A stretch of DNA of 64,000 bases from Methylococcales bacterium (GCA_030654015.1 JAURYI010000118.1:1496-65495), one strand, 5' to 3'; shown: positions 24,176-35,734, numbered from the stretch's first letter. The notes: generated by a model not told the origin, from the sequence alone. Numbers and translations: made by a program.

Positions 24176-25576
24176 ATGTTACCTGTTATAGCCCTCGTCG
24201 GGCGACCCAATGTTGGCAAATCTACCCTGTTCAACTACCTGACCAAAAGCCGCGAAGCTCTCGTTGCTGATTTTGCGGGCTTGACCCGCGACCGCCAATA
24301 TGGACGTGTTAAACATGGCAATCGTGCCTGTTTAGTCGTTGATACGGGCGGTATCGCTGATGATGCCGAAGGCATTGATAGCGTCTCTCGAAAACAAGTA
24401 CAAGTCGCTTTAGAAGAAGCGGATATTGTCTTTTTTATGGTGGATGCGCGTGAAGGCTTGAGTGCCTCTGATAGAGTCATTGCCGATTCATTAAGAAAGC
24501 TCAACAAACCCATTGTTCTTGTCACCAATAAAGTGGATGGTATTGACAGCAATATCGCCGCCGCCGATTTTTATTCATTGGCATTGGGCGAACCTGTCCG
24601 TATTGCTGCCTCGCATGGCAGAGGTGTAGCCGAACTTCTCGAACACGCCTACCAACTATTACCGCCTGAAAGCAAAGAAGAAGCCGATGAAGACACGCGC
24701 AAAGGCATCGCCATTGCTGTGGTTGGTCGTCCTAATGTCGGCAAATCCACGCTGGTAAATCGCATATTAGGTGAAGAGCGGGTTATCGTATTTGATGAAC
24801 CGGGTACAACACGCGACAGTATCTACATCCCTTTTGAACGCAACGGCAAACAATTTACCCTGATTGATACCGCTGGAATGCGTCGCCGTTCCAAAATCGC
24901 CGAAACCATCGAAAAATTCAGCGTTATCAAATCACTGCAAGCAATTGAAAAAGCCAATGTGGTTATTTATCTGATTGATGCCAGCGAAGGCATTACCGAT
25001 CAGGACGCGCATTTATTAGGCTTAGTGTTAGAAGCAGGCAGACCGCTGATTATCGGGCTGAATAAATGGGATGGTTTGACTCAAACGCAAAAAGGCACGA
25101 TAGAACGGCATCTGGAATTTAAACTGTCATTTCTTGATTTTGCCGAAAAACACCCGATTTCCGCACTGCACGGCAGTGGCGTAGGTAAATTATTCGACAT
25201 GGTGCATAACCTGTATGCCTCCACCATGATTGATATGTCCACGCCTGTGTTAACACGCCTATTAAAAGAAGCGACCACGGCGCACCAGCCGCCCGTCGTC
25301 AACACGCGCCGCATTAAACTTAAATACGCCCACCAAGGCGGACGCAATCCACCCGTTATTATTATTCATGGTGTACAAACTGACGTATTGCCGATTTCTT
25401 ATCAGCGTTATTTAAGCAATTATTACCGTGAGAAATTAGGCTTATCAGGCACACCCATCCGTCTGGTGTTCAAATCCCCCGTCAATCCGTTTGACGGACA
25501 GAAGAAACCTAAACCTGTCAGTAAAGAAATGGACAAGAAAAAACGCTTGCAGGCGCGTAATAGAACGAAAAAATAA
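24176..25576 (+). CDS. der: Ribosome-associated GTPase Der (EngA)
   Basis: 466 aa; two G domains (GRPNVGKST at residues ~9 and ~184), DTGG/DTAG, NKVD/NKWD. Confidence 0.97.
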   Translation: MLPVIALVGRPNVGKSTLFNYLTKSREALVADFAGLTRDRQYGRVKHGNRACLVVDTGGIADDAEGIDSVSRKQVQVALEEADIVFFMVDAREGLSASDRVIADSLRKLNKPIVLVTNKVDGIDSNIAAADFYSLALGEPVRIAASHGRGVAELLEHAYQLLPPESKEEADEDTRKGIAIAVVGRPNVGKSTLVNRILGEERVIVFDEPGTTRDSIYIPFERNGKQFTLIDTAGMRRRSKIAETIEKFSVIKSLQAIEKANVVIYLIDASEGITDQDAHLLGLVLEAGRPLIIGLNKWDGLTQTQKGTIERHLEFKLSFLDFAEKHPISALHGSGVGKLFDMVHNLYASTMIDMSTPVLTRLLKEATTAHQPPVVNTRRIKLKYAHQGGRNPPVIIIHGVQTDVLPISYQRYLSNYYREKLGLSGTPIRLVFKSPVNPFDGQKKPKPVSKEMDKKKRLQARNRTKK

Positions 25577-25593
25577 ACCGCGTAGACTTTAAT

Positions 25594-25977
25594 ATGAGCT
25601 TGGGAACTAGAGTTAAAGAAACTAGGGAGCGGCGAGGACTAACCTTGGCTGAATTGGCAACGAAAGTTGGAGGAATAACTGGGCAAGCTATTCAGCAGAT
25701 AGAGTCAGGTTCAACATTGCATCCTAGGAAACTTGAGCAGATAGCCGCTGCATTGGGTGTTAGACAAGAGTGGCTATTAGTTGGTAGTGACGACTGCGCC
25801 AATGTATTAGCCAATGATAAGATTATATCTGACATAGTCTATAACTTGCCTTACTTGACATCATCAGAACAGACAGAGATAGCAAAATACGTTGTTGAGA
25901 TGGCGAATAGAAACAAGTCTGTACTTAGCGAGCTGTCGAATCGGTGGCAAACAGATACAAACCCGCATGAAGTGTAA
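25594..25977 (+). CDS. XRE-family helix-turn-helix transcriptional regulator
   Basis: 127 aa; RERRGLTLAELATKVGGITGQAIQQIESG is typical of HTH_3. Codon choice (AGA/AGG/CTA/ATA) differs from neighbouring genes. Confidence 0.7.
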   Translation: MSLGTRVKETRERRGLTLAELATKVGGITGQAIQQIESGSTLHPRKLEQIAAALGVRQEWLLVGSDDCANVLANDKIISDIVYNLPYLTSSEQTEIAKYVVEMANRNKSVLSELSNRWQTDTNPHEV

Positions 25978-26019
25978 CGAAATGCGGGAATTACACTTCA
26001 ATACAACAGAGGGCTATTT

Positions 26020-26520
26020 ATGACCACCATCACTTTTCAAGGCAAACCCCTGCAAACTTCTGGCGAACTGCCTTTAGTCGGCACAAAAGCCCCCGACTTC
26101 ATACTGGTCGATGGCAAATTAAAAGATGTCAACTTAGCTACTTACAAGGGTAAACGCAAAATTCTCAATATCGTTCCCAGTCTCGATACGCCGACCTGTG
26201 CCGCGTCAACGCTTAAGTTCAACGAAAAAGCCGCGCATATCCATGACACGGTGGTCTTGGTCGTTTCTGCGGATTTACCGTTTGCCCAATGCCGTTTTTG
26301 TAGCAATGAAAATTTACACCATGTCATTCCGTTATCCACATTCCGTTCCAGTTTTGCCGATGATTATGGTGTAACACTGGTCGATTCGATACTGGCAGGA
26401 CTTACCGCGCGTGCTGTGGTCGTTATTGATGAAAACGACACTGTTATCTACACCGAGCTGGTCAGTGAACTGTCTGACGAACCTGATTACAAAAGCGCGT
26501 TAGCGGCACTGGCAGATTAA
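26020..26520 (+). CDS. tpx: Thiol peroxidase (atypical 2-Cys peroxiredoxin)
   Basis: 166 aa; VGTKAPDF, VPSLDTPTCA, LPFAQCRFC. Confidence 0.93.
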   Translation: MTTITFQGKPLQTSGELPLVGTKAPDFILVDGKLKDVNLATYKGKRKILNIVPSLDTPTCAASTLKFNEKAAHIHDTVVLVVSADLPFAQCRFCSNENLHHVIPLSTFRSSFADDYGVTLVDSILAGLTARAVVVIDENDTVIYTELVSELSDEPDYKSALAALAD

Positions 26521-26532
26521 CCGCGCATCATA

Positions 26533-26565
26533 ATGACTGCCAGTTCTTCAAGGACTGGCAGTCAT
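26533..26565. repeat. ATGACTGCCAGT-loop-ACTGGCAGTCAT hairpin (family copy a; probable tpx terminator)
   Basis: 12-bp perfect stem read directly, 12 nt after the tpx stop. Confidence 0.65.
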
Positions 26566-26596
26566 AAAGACAGCGCGATTAAACAAGGAATCAACA

Positions 26597-27205
26597 ATGC
26601 ACGCTATTTTGATTCATGGCATGGGACGCACTCCCGCCTCAATGTTAATCTTGGCAATCAGATTGCGCTCGGCGGGCATTCAACCGCATTTTTTCGGGTA
26701 TTCAGCCGCCTTTGAACGCTGGCAATTTTGCGTTAATCGACTGGAAAAATGTATTCATAAGCATACCCGTGATGATGACTTTATCATCATCGGGCATTCA
26801 CTCGGCACGGTATTGATGCGCGGCGTATTACCCAGACTGACGCACCAACCTTTAGCGTGTTTTTTCCTCGCTCCACCTACCAAAGCCTGTTTAGCTGCGC
26901 AAAAACTTGCACCCTCACGCCTGTACAAACTGCTAACTGGTGAAATGGGACAACTGCTTGCCAGTCCGCATTTCATGAATTCACTGCCTGCGCCCGATGT
27001 ACCGACGAAAATATATTCAGGCATCAATGGACTACGCGGTCGTTACTCACTTTTTGGCGAACAACTGAATGATGGCGTATTAGCCGTTGAAGAAACGCTA
27101 TTGCCCAGCGTTCCTTATGATACCGTTGCCGCACTGCATACCTTTATCATGAATAAAAAAGCAATTGCCGAAGATATTGTTAAATTGATGAATAGCGCAC
27201 GATAA
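26597..27205 (+). CDS. Alpha/beta-fold serine hydrolase (family unassigned)
   Basis: 202 aa; ILIHGMG, nucleophile elbow IIIGHSLGT. Confidence 0.6.
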   Translation: MHAILIHGMGRTPASMLILAIRLRSAGIQPHFFGYSAAFERWQFCVNRLEKCIHKHTRDDDFIIIGHSLGTVLMRGVLPRLTHQPLACFFLAPPTKACLAAQKLAPSRLYKLLTGEMGQLLASPHFMNSLPAPDVPTKIYSGINGLRGRYSLFGEQLNDGVLAVEETLLPSVPYDTVAALHTFIMNKKAIAEDIVKLMNSAR

Positions 27206-27265
27206 CGGGTAAAAGTCTGATATTATCCAATCTTACCGTTTTTAAACGACTATCAAGGATTTACT

Positions 27266-29809
27266 ATGCTAGAAACCTACCGCAAACACGTCGAAGAACG
27301 CGCCGCTGAAGGCGTTGTGCCTAAACCCTTGGATGCTGAACAAACAGCGGCATTGATTGAATTAATCAAACAACCACCTGCGGGTGAAGAGGCGTTTATT
27401 CTGGATTTGCTGGAAAATCGCATTCCAGCGGGTGTGGATGAAGCGGCTTATATTAAGGCGGGCTTTTTAGCGGCGATTGCTAAAGGTGAAACCAGCTCAC
27501 CGATTTTAACGCCTGAACGCGCCACCGAATTATTGGGAACAATGCTGGGCGGTTATAACATCGCACCGCTGATTGAGTTGCTGGATAACGCGCAACTTGC
27601 ACCGATTGCCGTAAATGCTTTATCGCATACTTTGTTAGTATTTGATGCGTTTCATGATGTGCAGGAAAAAGCCGAGGCAGGTAATGCCTATGCACAACAA
27701 ATATTGCAATCGTGGGCAGATGCCGATTGGTTCACCAGTAAACCTGTGATGCCTGAAAAATTGACTGTGACGGTGTTTAAAGTCACGGGCGAAACCAATA
27801 CCGATGATTTATCACCCGCGCCTGATGCGTGGTCGCGTCCTGATATTCCCTTACACGCAAAAGCGATGTTGAAAATGCCGCGTGAGGGCATTACTAACGC
27901 GGAACAACAAATTAATGAATTAAAAGCCAAAGGTTTTCCTGTTGCTTACGTCGGTGATGTGGTCGGTACGGGTTCATCACGCAAATCGGCGACTAATTCG
28001 GTGTTGTGGTTTACGGGTCGCGATATTCCGTTTATTCCCAATAAACGTGAAGGCGGCGTGTGTATCGGCGGCAAAATTGCGCCGATTTTCTTTAACACCA
28101 TGGAAGATTCAGGTGCGTTGCCGTTTGAATGTGATGTGAGCGGTATGGCGATGGGTGATGTTATCGACATTTATCCGTATCTAGGTGTAGTTAAATACCA
28201 TGATGTTGATGAAGTGCTGTGTCGATTTGAATTAAAAACCGATGTATTACTTGATGAAGTGCAGGCAGGTGGACGGATTCCGTTGATTATCGGACGCGGT
28301 TTGACTGATAGAGCGCGTAAAGCCTTAGGTCTGGGTGCGTCTGAGGTGTTTGTGCGTCCAGATGATAAAACAGACAGCGGCAAAGGTTACACGCTGGCAC
28401 AAAAAATGGTGGGTAAGGCGTGTGGTGTTGCGGGTGTGCGTCCGAATACTTATTGTGAACCACACATGACTACCGTCGGCTCGCAAGATACTACTGGGCC
28501 GATGACACGCGATGAATTAAAAGATTTGGCGTGTTTGGGCTTTTCGGCGGATTTAGTCATGCAGTCGTTTTGCCATACTGCGGCGTATCCTAAACCGATT
28601 GATGTCACCATGCACCACTCACTCCCCGATTTTATTATGAATCGCGGCGGTGTGGCGTTGCGTCCTGCCGATGGCATTATTCACTCGTGGCTGAATCGGA
28701 TGTTGTTGCCTGATACGGTCGGTACAGGCGGCGATTCACATACCCGTTTCCCCATCGGTATTTCCTTTCCTGCGGGATCTGGTTTGGTGGCATTCGCGGC
28801 GGCAACAGGTGTCATGCCGTTGGATATGCCTGAATCGGTGTTGGTGCGTTTTACAGGCGAAATGCAGGCGGGTATTACCCTGCGTGATTTGGTGAATGCG
28901 ATTCCTTACGTTGCTCTGCAACGCGGTTTGTTGACGCTGGATAAAAAAGGCAAGAAAAATGTGTTTTCAGGACGCATTTTAGAAATTGAAGGCTTGCCTG
29001 ATTTAAAAGTGGAACAGGCGTTTGAATTATCCGATGCGTCGGCAGAGCGTTCAGCGGGCGGTTGTAACGTGCGTTTGAATGAAGCACCGATAAGCGAGTA
29101 TTTGAATTCTAATATCACGCTGTTGCGTTGGATGATAGCCCAAGGTTATGGCGATGTGCGCACCATTGAGCGTCGTATTAAAGCCATGCAAGACTGGCTG
29201 GATAATCCAGTGTTGCTGACAGCGGATGCCGATGCCGAATACTTTGAAGTCATTGAAATCAATATGAGCGACATTAAAGAACCGTTGCTGGCGTGTCCGA
29301 ATGATCCTGATGATATTAAGCCGTTGTCGGCAGTCGCAGGCACAAAAATTGATGAAGTGTTTTTGGGTTCGTGCATGACCAATATCGGGCATTTTCGTGC
29401 CGCTGGTAAATTGCTGGAGCAACAAAAAGGCGAATTGCCCAGTAAATTATGGATTGCCCCACCGACTAAAATGGATGAAAGCCAACTGACCGAAGAAGGC
29501 TATTACGATACCTTTAAGAAAGCAGGGGCGCGGACAGAGATGCCCGGTTGTTCATTGTGTATGGGTAATCAGGCGCGAGTTGCCAAAAATGCCACCGTCA
29601 TGTCTACGTCTACACGCAATTTCCCCAATCGTTTGGGTGATGGCGCGAATGTGTATTTATCATCGGCAGAATTGGCGGCGGTGTGTTCGTTGCTGGGTAA
29701 AATTCCTACGGTTGAAGAATACATGAGTTACGCGGGACAGATTAATGCGACGGCGGAAGATACTTATCGGTATTTGAATTTTAATAAAATGGATAGTTAT
29801 CAAAGCTAA
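27266..29809 (+). CDS. acnB: Aconitate hydratase 2 / 2-methylisocitrate dehydratase
   Basis: 847 aa; [23 protein letters not shown]-terminus (HEAT-like domain), [17 protein letters not shown] Fe-S ligands. Confidence 0.96.
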   Translation: MLETYRKHVEERAAEGVVPKPLDAEQTAALIELIKQPPAGEEAFILDLLENRIPAGVDEAAYIKAGFLAAIAKGETSSPILTPERATELLGTMLGGYNIAPLIELLDNAQLAPIAVNALSHTLLVFDAFHDVQEKAEAGNAYAQQILQSWADADWFTSKPVMPEKLTVTVFKVTGETNTDDLSPAPDAWSRPDIPLHAKAMLKMPREGITNAEQQINELKAKGFPVAYVGDVVGTGSSRKSATNSVLWFTGRDIPFIPNKREGGVCIGGKIAPIFFNTMEDSGALPFECDVSGMAMGDVIDIYPYLGVVKYHDVDEVLCRFELKTDVLLDEVQAGGRIPLIIGRGLTDRARKALGLGASEVFVRPDDKTDSGKGYTLAQKMVGKACGVAGVRPNTYCEPHMTTVGSQDTTGPMTRDELKDLACLGFSADLVMQSFCHTAAYPKPIDVTMHHSLPDFIMNRGGVALRPADGIIHSWLNRMLLPDTVGTGGDSHTRFPIGISFPAGSGLVAFAAATGVMPLDMPESVLVRFTGEMQAGITLRDLVNAIPYVALQRGLLTLDKKGKKNVFSGRILEIEGLPDLKVEQAFELSDASAERSAGGCNVRLNEAPISEYLNSNITLLRWMIAQGYGDVRTIERRIKAMQDWLDNPVLLTADADAEYFEVIEINMSDIKEPLLACPNDPDDIKPLSAVAGTKIDEVFLGSCMTNIGHFRAAGKLLEQQKGELPSKLWIAPPTKMDESQLTEEGYYDTFKKAGARTEMPGCSLCMGNQARVAKNATVMSTSTRNFPNRLGDGANVYLSSAELAAVCSLLGKIPTVEEYMSYAGQINATAEDTYRYLNFNKMDSYQS

Positions 29810-29839
29810 GTAACGCGGGTATAACGACTGGCATTACTA

Positions 29840-29870
29840 GACCTGCGAGGTTTTAAAAACCTCGCGGGTC
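29840..29870 (+). terminator. Hairpin GACCTGCGAGG-ttttaaaaa-CCTCGCGGGTC followed by TTTATT (acnB terminator; second copy of the 6371 family)
   Basis: 11-bp stem (one G-U position) read directly, 30 nt after the acnB stop. Confidence 0.65.
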
Positions 29871-29881
29871 TTTATTAAGAG

Positions 29882-30334
29882 GTGCAACTTATGACTGCTA
29901 AAGAGACCGCCTGTAAAACCCCGTTGTCTTATAAAAACCAGACAATGGCGTATTTTCAGGGGCAAATCGGACAACAAAAACGGCTGTTACACGCTGTTCA
30001 AAAACTGTTGCCGACAGAATTAGCAGCTCATGTTCACTGTTGTCTGATGCGCGATAATAAATTACTGGTGTATACCGATTCGCCCGCGTGGGCATCCCAA
30101 CTGCGTTTTTATCATGCGACATTGCTTGCTAATACTTCGCCTACCGTGGCGGATGTACAAGTCAAAGTGACGCAACAAGTGGGATTTGTAGCAGGATCTG
30201 AGCGCAAAGCACAACTGCCTTGCCCCGAAAAAATTGAATGTATAAAAAATGACAGTCTTAATATAGACGATGAGCCGTTGCAAGCCGCGCTACTTAAATT
30301 AAGCGCGACCTTAGCACGGCTATCGGCTAAATGA
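29882..30334 (+). CDS. DUF721/DciA-like protein
   Basis: 150 aa; ..LPTELAAHVHCCLMRDNKLLVYTDSPAWASQLRFYHATLL resembles the DUF721 core (..L.V.vdSsaWa.eLr). The start is uncertain (GTG 29882, ATG 29891 or 29945). Confidence 0.5.
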   Translation: MQLMTAKETACKTPLSYKNQTMAYFQGQIGQQKRLLHAVQKLLPTELAAHVHCCLMRDNKLLVYTDSPAWASQLRFYHATLLANTSPTVADVQVKVTQQVGFVAGSERKAQLPCPEKIECIKNDSLNIDDEPLQAALLKLSATLARLSAK

Positions 30335-30335
30335 A

Positions 30336-31259
30336 CTATTCAGGAGCTCTGGGGGATTGTGCAGAACGCATAAACGAAATCGGGGCTTCTTCGTCGTCAT
30401 TAAACGCCACCATTTCCCACGCATCAGTATCATCCAATAACGTACGCAATAATTTATTGTTCAAACCATGACCTGATTTATAGCCGACAAATTCACCAAT
30501 CAAGCTATGACCCAACAGATATAAATCACCGATGGCATCGAGAATTTTGTGTTTAACAAATTCATCCGCACAACGTAAGCCGTCTTCATTGAGAATTTTA
30601 TCGTCATCAACGACGATAGCATTATCAAGGCTACCGCCCAGTGCGAGGTTGTTGTCTCTGAGCATTTGAATATCTTTCATGAAACCGAAAGTTCTAGCGC
30701 GGCTGACTTCTTTCACAAAAGTAGTCGAAGAAAAATCCATCGTTGCCGTCTTAACGTGTTCTTCAAAGGCGGGATGTTCAAAATCAATGGTAAAAGTGAC
30801 TTTAAAGCCTTCAAACGGGTTGAATTCCGCCCATTTATCGCCATCTTCAACACGAATGCTGCGTTTGATGCGAATGTATTGTTTAGGGCAGTCCTGTTCT
30901 TCCACACCTGCCGATTGCAACAAAAATACAAACGGGCCTGCACTGCCATCCATAATCGGCACTTCGGCAGCACTGACATCAATAATCGCGTTGTCTATGC
31001 CAAGACCGGCAAAAGCGGATAATAAATGCTCAATGGTAGAAATTTTGACATCACCAGCGACCAATGTGGTCGATAGCACGGTTTCACCGACATTGCGCGG
31101 TGTCGCTTTAATAGTCACAGGTTCGTCTAAATCGACGCGGCGGAAACAAATGCCCGTATTGGGTTCGGCAGGGCGCAAGGTCAGATATATTTTGTCGCCC
31201 GTGTGTAGACCTACGCCTGTGGCTCTGATGGTATTTTTTAAAGTGCGTTGTTTAATCAT
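30336..31259 (-). CDS. lpxC: UDP-3-O-acyl-N-acetylglucosamine deacetylase
   Basis: 307 aa; [47 protein letters not shown]. Confidence 0.97.
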   Translation of the reverse strand: MIKQRTLKNTIRATGVGLHTGDKIYLTLRPAEPNTGICFRRVDLDEPVTIKATPRNVGETVLSTTLVAGDVKISTIEHLLSAFAGLGIDNAIIDVSAAEVPIMDGSAGPFVFLLQSAGVEEQDCPKQYIRIKRSIRVEDGDKWAEFNPFEGFKVTFTIDFEHPAFEEHVKTATMDFSSTTFVKEVSRARTFGFMKDIQMLRDNNLALGGSLDNAIVVDDDKILNEDGLRCADEFVKHKILDAIGDLYLLGHSLIGEFVGYKSGHGLNNKLLRTLLDDTDAWEMVAFNDDEEAPISFMRSAQSPRAPE

Positions 31260-31512
31260 GGAATAATAACGTCAAATGAAGGTGGGGCAAAGGGGTAGAA
31301 TTTTATCACAATACGACTTGAAAATAGAGATTGAATCCATTTTTTGTTACTGCCAGCTGACATTAATAGACGATAATACCTTTATGTGCTGGTACTTTTA
31401 CTAACTTAAGGTAATGCCGCTGATTGTCAATACAGCATTACAAATTCGCAATTCCAGAAAATTTTTTAACATCATCAAGCGACGATTTTATGTTTCTAAT
31501 ACCCTTAATATT

Positions 31513-32664
31513 ATGCTAAAAAAGTTTTTTCGTGCAACAACCCCCGATGTTGTCACGCCCTCTCCCCACCTGTCTGGATTACTGAAGCAGCGTTATCTAC
31601 AGCAAGTTGAGCAGCAACGTATTCAATATGACGATGCGCAAATTATCGCGCTTCATCATTTGCAAACGTTATTGGATAATTTATTACTAAGGCATCACTC
31701 CCAGCACAATTTACTGGCGCGTAAACTGCGCTCACACACGCAAAAAAAATGCCGCAGTTTATATATTTTTGGTGATGTCGGGCGCGGTAAATCCATGCTG
31801 ATGGATCTATTTTATGAAGCCTGTCCGTTAACACAAAAACGGCGGGTTTATTTTCATGCCTTTATGCTGGAAGTTCATGCCTTCATTCACGAAGCACGCC
31901 GACAAAACCAGCCGAATGCCATCGACGCACTGGCAGAAAAAATAAAAGCCTCCACGGTTTTGCTGTGTTTTGACGAATTTCATGTCACCGATATAGCTGA
32001 TGCGATGATTTTACAGCGATTATTCAACCGACTGTTTGAACTCGATGTAGTGGTGGTCATTACCTCCAATCGCCATCCCAACGACTTATATCGCGGTGGC
32101 TTACAAAAAGAACAGTTTTTAGCCTTTATCCGAATATTGAAAAATCAGGCGGATGTGATTGAGTTAATCGCAAAAACCGATTACCGCCTGAGTTATTCAC
32201 CCGCCGTAACCACCACTTATTATTTCCCGTTAGATACTAAAGCCAATGAATTCATACAGCACCGTTATAATAGCTTAACCGAGTTTTCCGCCAAACAATC
32301 AGGGGTTTTACAGCTACTGGGCAGACAAGTTTTTTTATCAGCCGTGCATAAAAACATCGCCTTATTATCGTTTGAAGAACTGTGCGTACAACCACTGGGA
32401 TCGGCCGATTATTTAACACTGGCGAATCAGTTCAACACACTCATCGTGACCGACATTCCCAAATTAACCGCCGAAAAACGCAACGAAGCCAAACGCTTTG
32501 TCACCCTGATTGACGCGCTCTACGAACACAAAGTACAGCTAATCTGCACTGCCGAAGTCCCTGCACACGCTTTATACACCGAAGGCGACGGAGCATTTGA
32601 ATTCAAACGCACCGTATCAAGACTCATCGAAATGCAGTCGGATAGTTATTTACGACGGCGTTAG
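31513..32664 (+). CDS. zapE: AFG1-like ATPase ZapE
   Basis: Internal ATG at 31513 of track ORF 31414..32664; Walker A YIFGDVGRGKSMLMD, FDEFHVTD. Confidence 0.85.
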   Translation: MLKKFFRATTPDVVTPSPHLSGLLKQRYLQQVEQQRIQYDDAQIIALHHLQTLLDNLLLRHHSQHNLLARKLRSHTQKKCRSLYIFGDVGRGKSMLMDLFYEACPLTQKRRVYFHAFMLEVHAFIHEARRQNQPNAIDALAEKIKASTVLLCFDEFHVTDIADAMILQRLFNRLFELDVVVVITSNRHPNDLYRGGLQKEQFLAFIRILKNQADVIELIAKTDYRLSYSPAVTTTYYFPLDTKANEFIQHRYNSLTEFSAKQSGVLQLLGRQVFLSAVHKNIALLSFEELCVQPLGSADYLTLANQFNTLIVTDIPKLTAEKRNEAKRFVTLIDALYEHKVQLICTAEVPAHALYTEGDGAFEFKRTVSRLIEMQSDSYLRRR

Positions 32665-32804
32665 TTTGGCAGGCAGAATTAAGACATAACAGAACGGTTA
32701 ACAAGATTATTACCCTGCGAAATATCTATTATTCAGGTAAAATGCGCGGCTTCGTATAAGTAATACAATCTTTTCAACAGTATTTAATTTAGCGGTGTGG
32801 CTTA

Positions 32805-34166
32805 ATGAAAATAGTTATTCTTGGGGCGGGCGTTACGGGATCATCGGTGGCGGGCGCATTGGCGAGTGAAGAGAATGATATTGTGGTGATTGATTTTAAT
32901 CCGCTGCTTCTCGATGCGTTAAAAGAACGCTTTGATATCGCTACGGTGGCAGGCAATGCGGCGCATCCCAGTGTGTTGGAACAGGCAGGTGTCAGTAGTG
33001 CTGACATAGTGATTGCGGTGACGGACAGTGATGAAACCAATATGTTGGCGTGTGTCATCATTAACGCACTGTATAGCCGTCCGAAAACCATTGCGCGAGT
33101 CCGTGCAATTGATTACATGAAAAATCCAGAGTTATTTGGTCCTTTGGGTGTTCCTGTGGATCACGTCATTAGTCCTGAACAAATTGTGATGCAGTCGATA
33201 CGCAATTTAATTGATTTTCCAGGGGTACTGCATATTTCCGATTATGCCGACGGTTTGGTGCGTTTATTTTCGGTGCGCGTAGTTGAAGACGGCGTTTTAA
33301 CGGGCAAACAAATCAATTCCCTTAAGGAACGCTTCATTTCGGGTAAAATTCGCGTCGTGTCTATTTTTCGACAAGGTAAGCCGCAACCCATTAACGGTGA
33401 GTCGATTATCGAAACTGATGATGAGGTGTTTTTTGTCGCACCCACGCAAGAAGTGCGTAAGGTTCTTAAAGAGCTGAACAAGCTGGAAGAACCGTTAAAA
33501 CGTATCATTATCGCGGGTGGCGGTCATGTGGGCAAACGCTTGGCTCTCGCTCTGGAAAACAAGCATCAAGTTAAAATTATCGAAAAAAATCCCACCCGCG
33601 CTCAAAAAATTGCCAATGATTTGAATAACACCGTTGTACTCTTGGGTGATTGCGCCGATGAATCGTTATTATTGGATGAGTCGATTGAAAGTACCGATTT
33701 ATTTTGTGCCATTACGGAGAACGATGGGGTCAATATTATCTCTGCCTCGTTAGCTAAAAGCCTCGGAGCGCGTAAAACCATCTGTCTGTTGAATCATATT
33801 TCTTACACTAAACTGTTGCCTAACACGGGTATTGATGTTGCTGTATTACCCAATCAGGAAACCCTCGGCAGTATTCTCAAACACGTTCGCCGTGGTGATG
33901 TCGCACAAGTAACTTCATTGTGCGGGGGTACGGCGGAAGCGATTGAGGCGATTGCGCATCGTGGTGACGGCAGTAATTCGGTAGTTGGTCGCCAAGTCAA
34001 TAAAGTCAATTTCCCAGACGGTATCGTATTAGGCGCGTTAATTCGCAATCATCAGGTAATTTCCATCCATCATGACACGGTATTTGAAGAAAACGATCAC
34101 GTTATCATGTTTGCAATGGACAAAAAGCTGGTGGCTAACATTGAAGTCACCTTTCAACCCATTTAA
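32805..34166 (+). CDS. trkA: Trk potassium uptake system protein TrkA
   Basis: 453 aa; two RCK/NAD-binding repeats (MKIVILGAGVTG, IIIAGGGHVG). Confidence 0.93.
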   Translation: MKIVILGAGVTGSSVAGALASEENDIVVIDFNPLLLDALKERFDIATVAGNAAHPSVLEQAGVSSADIVIAVTDSDETNMLACVIINALYSRPKTIARVRAIDYMKNPELFGPLGVPVDHVISPEQIVMQSIRNLIDFPGVLHISDYADGLVRLFSVRVVEDGVLTGKQINSLKERFISGKIRVVSIFRQGKPQPINGESIIETDDEVFFVAPTQEVRKVLKELNKLEEPLKRIIIAGGGHVGKRLALALENKHQVKIIEKNPTRAQKIANDLNNTVVLLGDCADESLLLDESIESTDLFCAITENDGVNIISASLAKSLGARKTICLLNHISYTKLLPNTGIDVAVLPNQETLGSILKHVRRGDVAQVTSLCGGTAEAIEAIAHRGDGSNSVVGRQVNKVNFPDGIVLGALIRNHQVISIHHDTVFEENDHVIMFAMDKKLVANIEVTFQPI

Positions 34167-34263
34167 CAACAACAGTGTGCGGGTTGGGCTGCCGCTCTCC
34201 AAACTAGATTAGCTAAACGCTGGGTTTTTATCCTTACCCTACCTCCCGCACTTACCATATTCT

Positions 34264-35721
34264 ATGAACATTATTCTGACTATCGTCCATATTTTCGGCT
34301 TGGTAACCATAGGCTTCAGCGGTCTTATGACGACTTGTTGGCTGGCATCTTTGTTTTCCGACGACGGCGCGACATCTGCTTTTTTTGATGGCACATTGAT
34401 TACCCTGTTGTTTGGTTTGTTGATGTTCTTACCTACGCTGCGCACGCCTAAAAAAGTGTCACGACAGGCGGGATTTTTACTGGTCGCCATGACGTGGTCA
34501 TTAAGCCCTGTATTCTGTACGTTACCGTTATTACTGCAATTCCCCGAACTGAGTTTTGTTGATGCTTATTTTGAGACGGCTTCAGGACTGACTACCACGG
34601 GCGCGACTATTTTGAGCGGGGTAGATACGTTACCGATGTCGATTAATTTGTGGCGACATGAATTAAATTGGATAGCAGGTATGGGGATTATTATTTTTGC
34701 GGTGGCGATTTTGCCGATTTTAGGCATAGGCGGTATGCAGTTGTACAAAGCAGAAACGCCGGGTTCAGTGAAAGAATCGGATTTGCCGCCGCGTATTGCC
34801 CAAACAGCAAAAGCCTTGTGGTTTGTGTATGCGGGCTTTTCAGTGGCGTGTATTATCGCTCTGCGAATGGCGGGCATGGATTGGTTTGATGCGGTATGTC
34901 ATGCCTTTGCTGCAATGAGTTTGGGCGGTTTTTCGACGCATGATGCCAATGTGGGCTTTTTTAATTCCCTGCCGATTGAAGTGGTGCTGAGTGTTTTTCA
35001 ATTACTCGCCGCCATTAATTTTGCGACACATTTTATTGCGTTGCGTAAACGTTCGTTGAATCCCTATTTCGATGATGTGGAAGCAAAGAGTTTTTTGTTA
35101 TTAGTGCTGAGCAGCTGTGTAATTGCCGCTGCCGTGTTGCAAAATGCGGGGACGTATCCTGATTTTTTCACTGCATTGCGCCACGCCTCGTTTAATTTAA
35201 TCACCATTGCTACCGATTGCGGCTTTGCTACGCAGGATTTTAATCAATGGCCGATATTTGTGCCGATGTGGATGCTGTTTTTGAGCTGTCTATCCGCCTC
35301 GTCGGGTTCTACAGGCGGCGGTATCCGTATGATAAGAACCATTATTTTAATGAAGCAAGCCCGCCTTGAGATGTTTAAATTTATTCATCCGTTTGCAGTA
35401 CGCCCGTTGAAAATCGGTGACACAGTCGTTAAAAATGATATTGTCACCTCAGTGATGGGTTTTATTTTTCTGTATTTCATCTGCATTGTCATTCTGGTAT
35501 TTACTTTACTCATCAGCGGCTTGGATTTTATCACTGCATTCAGTGCGATTATCGCCTGTTTTAATAATGCAGGGCCGGGGTTGAATCTTGTCGGGCCGGC
35601 AACAAATTATTCCATTTTGACTGATTTTCAAACAGGGGTTTGTACGTTTGCCATGTTATTGGGTCGGGTACAGATTTTCTCGATTGTGATTTTGTTTATC
35701 CCTGAATTTTGGCGCAAATAA
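34264..35721 (+). CDS. trkH: Trk system potassium transporter TrkH
   Basis: 485 aa polytopic membrane protein; TASGLTTTGAT and SGSTGGGIR selectivity-filter-like motifs. Confidence 0.93.
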   Translation: MNIILTIVHIFGLVTIGFSGLMTTCWLASLFSDDGATSAFFDGTLITLLFGLLMFLPTLRTPKKVSRQAGFLLVAMTWSLSPVFCTLPLLLQFPELSFVDAYFETASGLTTTGATILSGVDTLPMSINLWRHELNWIAGMGIIIFAVAILPILGIGGMQLYKAETPGSVKESDLPPRIAQTAKALWFVYAGFSVACIIALRMAGMDWFDAVCHAFAAMSLGGFSTHDANVGFFNSLPIEVVLSVFQLLAAINFATHFIALRKRSLNPYFDDVEAKSFLLLVLSSCVIAAAVLQNAGTYPDFFTALRHASFNLITIATDCGFATQDFNQWPIFVPMWMLFLSCLSASSGSTGGGIRMIRTIILMKQARLEMFKFIHPFAVRPLKIGDTVVKNDIVTSVMGFIFLYFICIVILVFTLLISGLDFITAFSAIIACFNNAGPGLNLVGPATNYSILTDFQTGVCTFAMLLGRVQIFSIVILFIPEFWRK

Positions 35722-35734
35722 TTCAGGCATGAAT

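Noticed and set aside
30679-31266. 195-aa + strand ORF (and 30666..31022)
   Set aside because: Fully antisense to lpxC, whose product is unmistakable. This is a typical shadow ORF.
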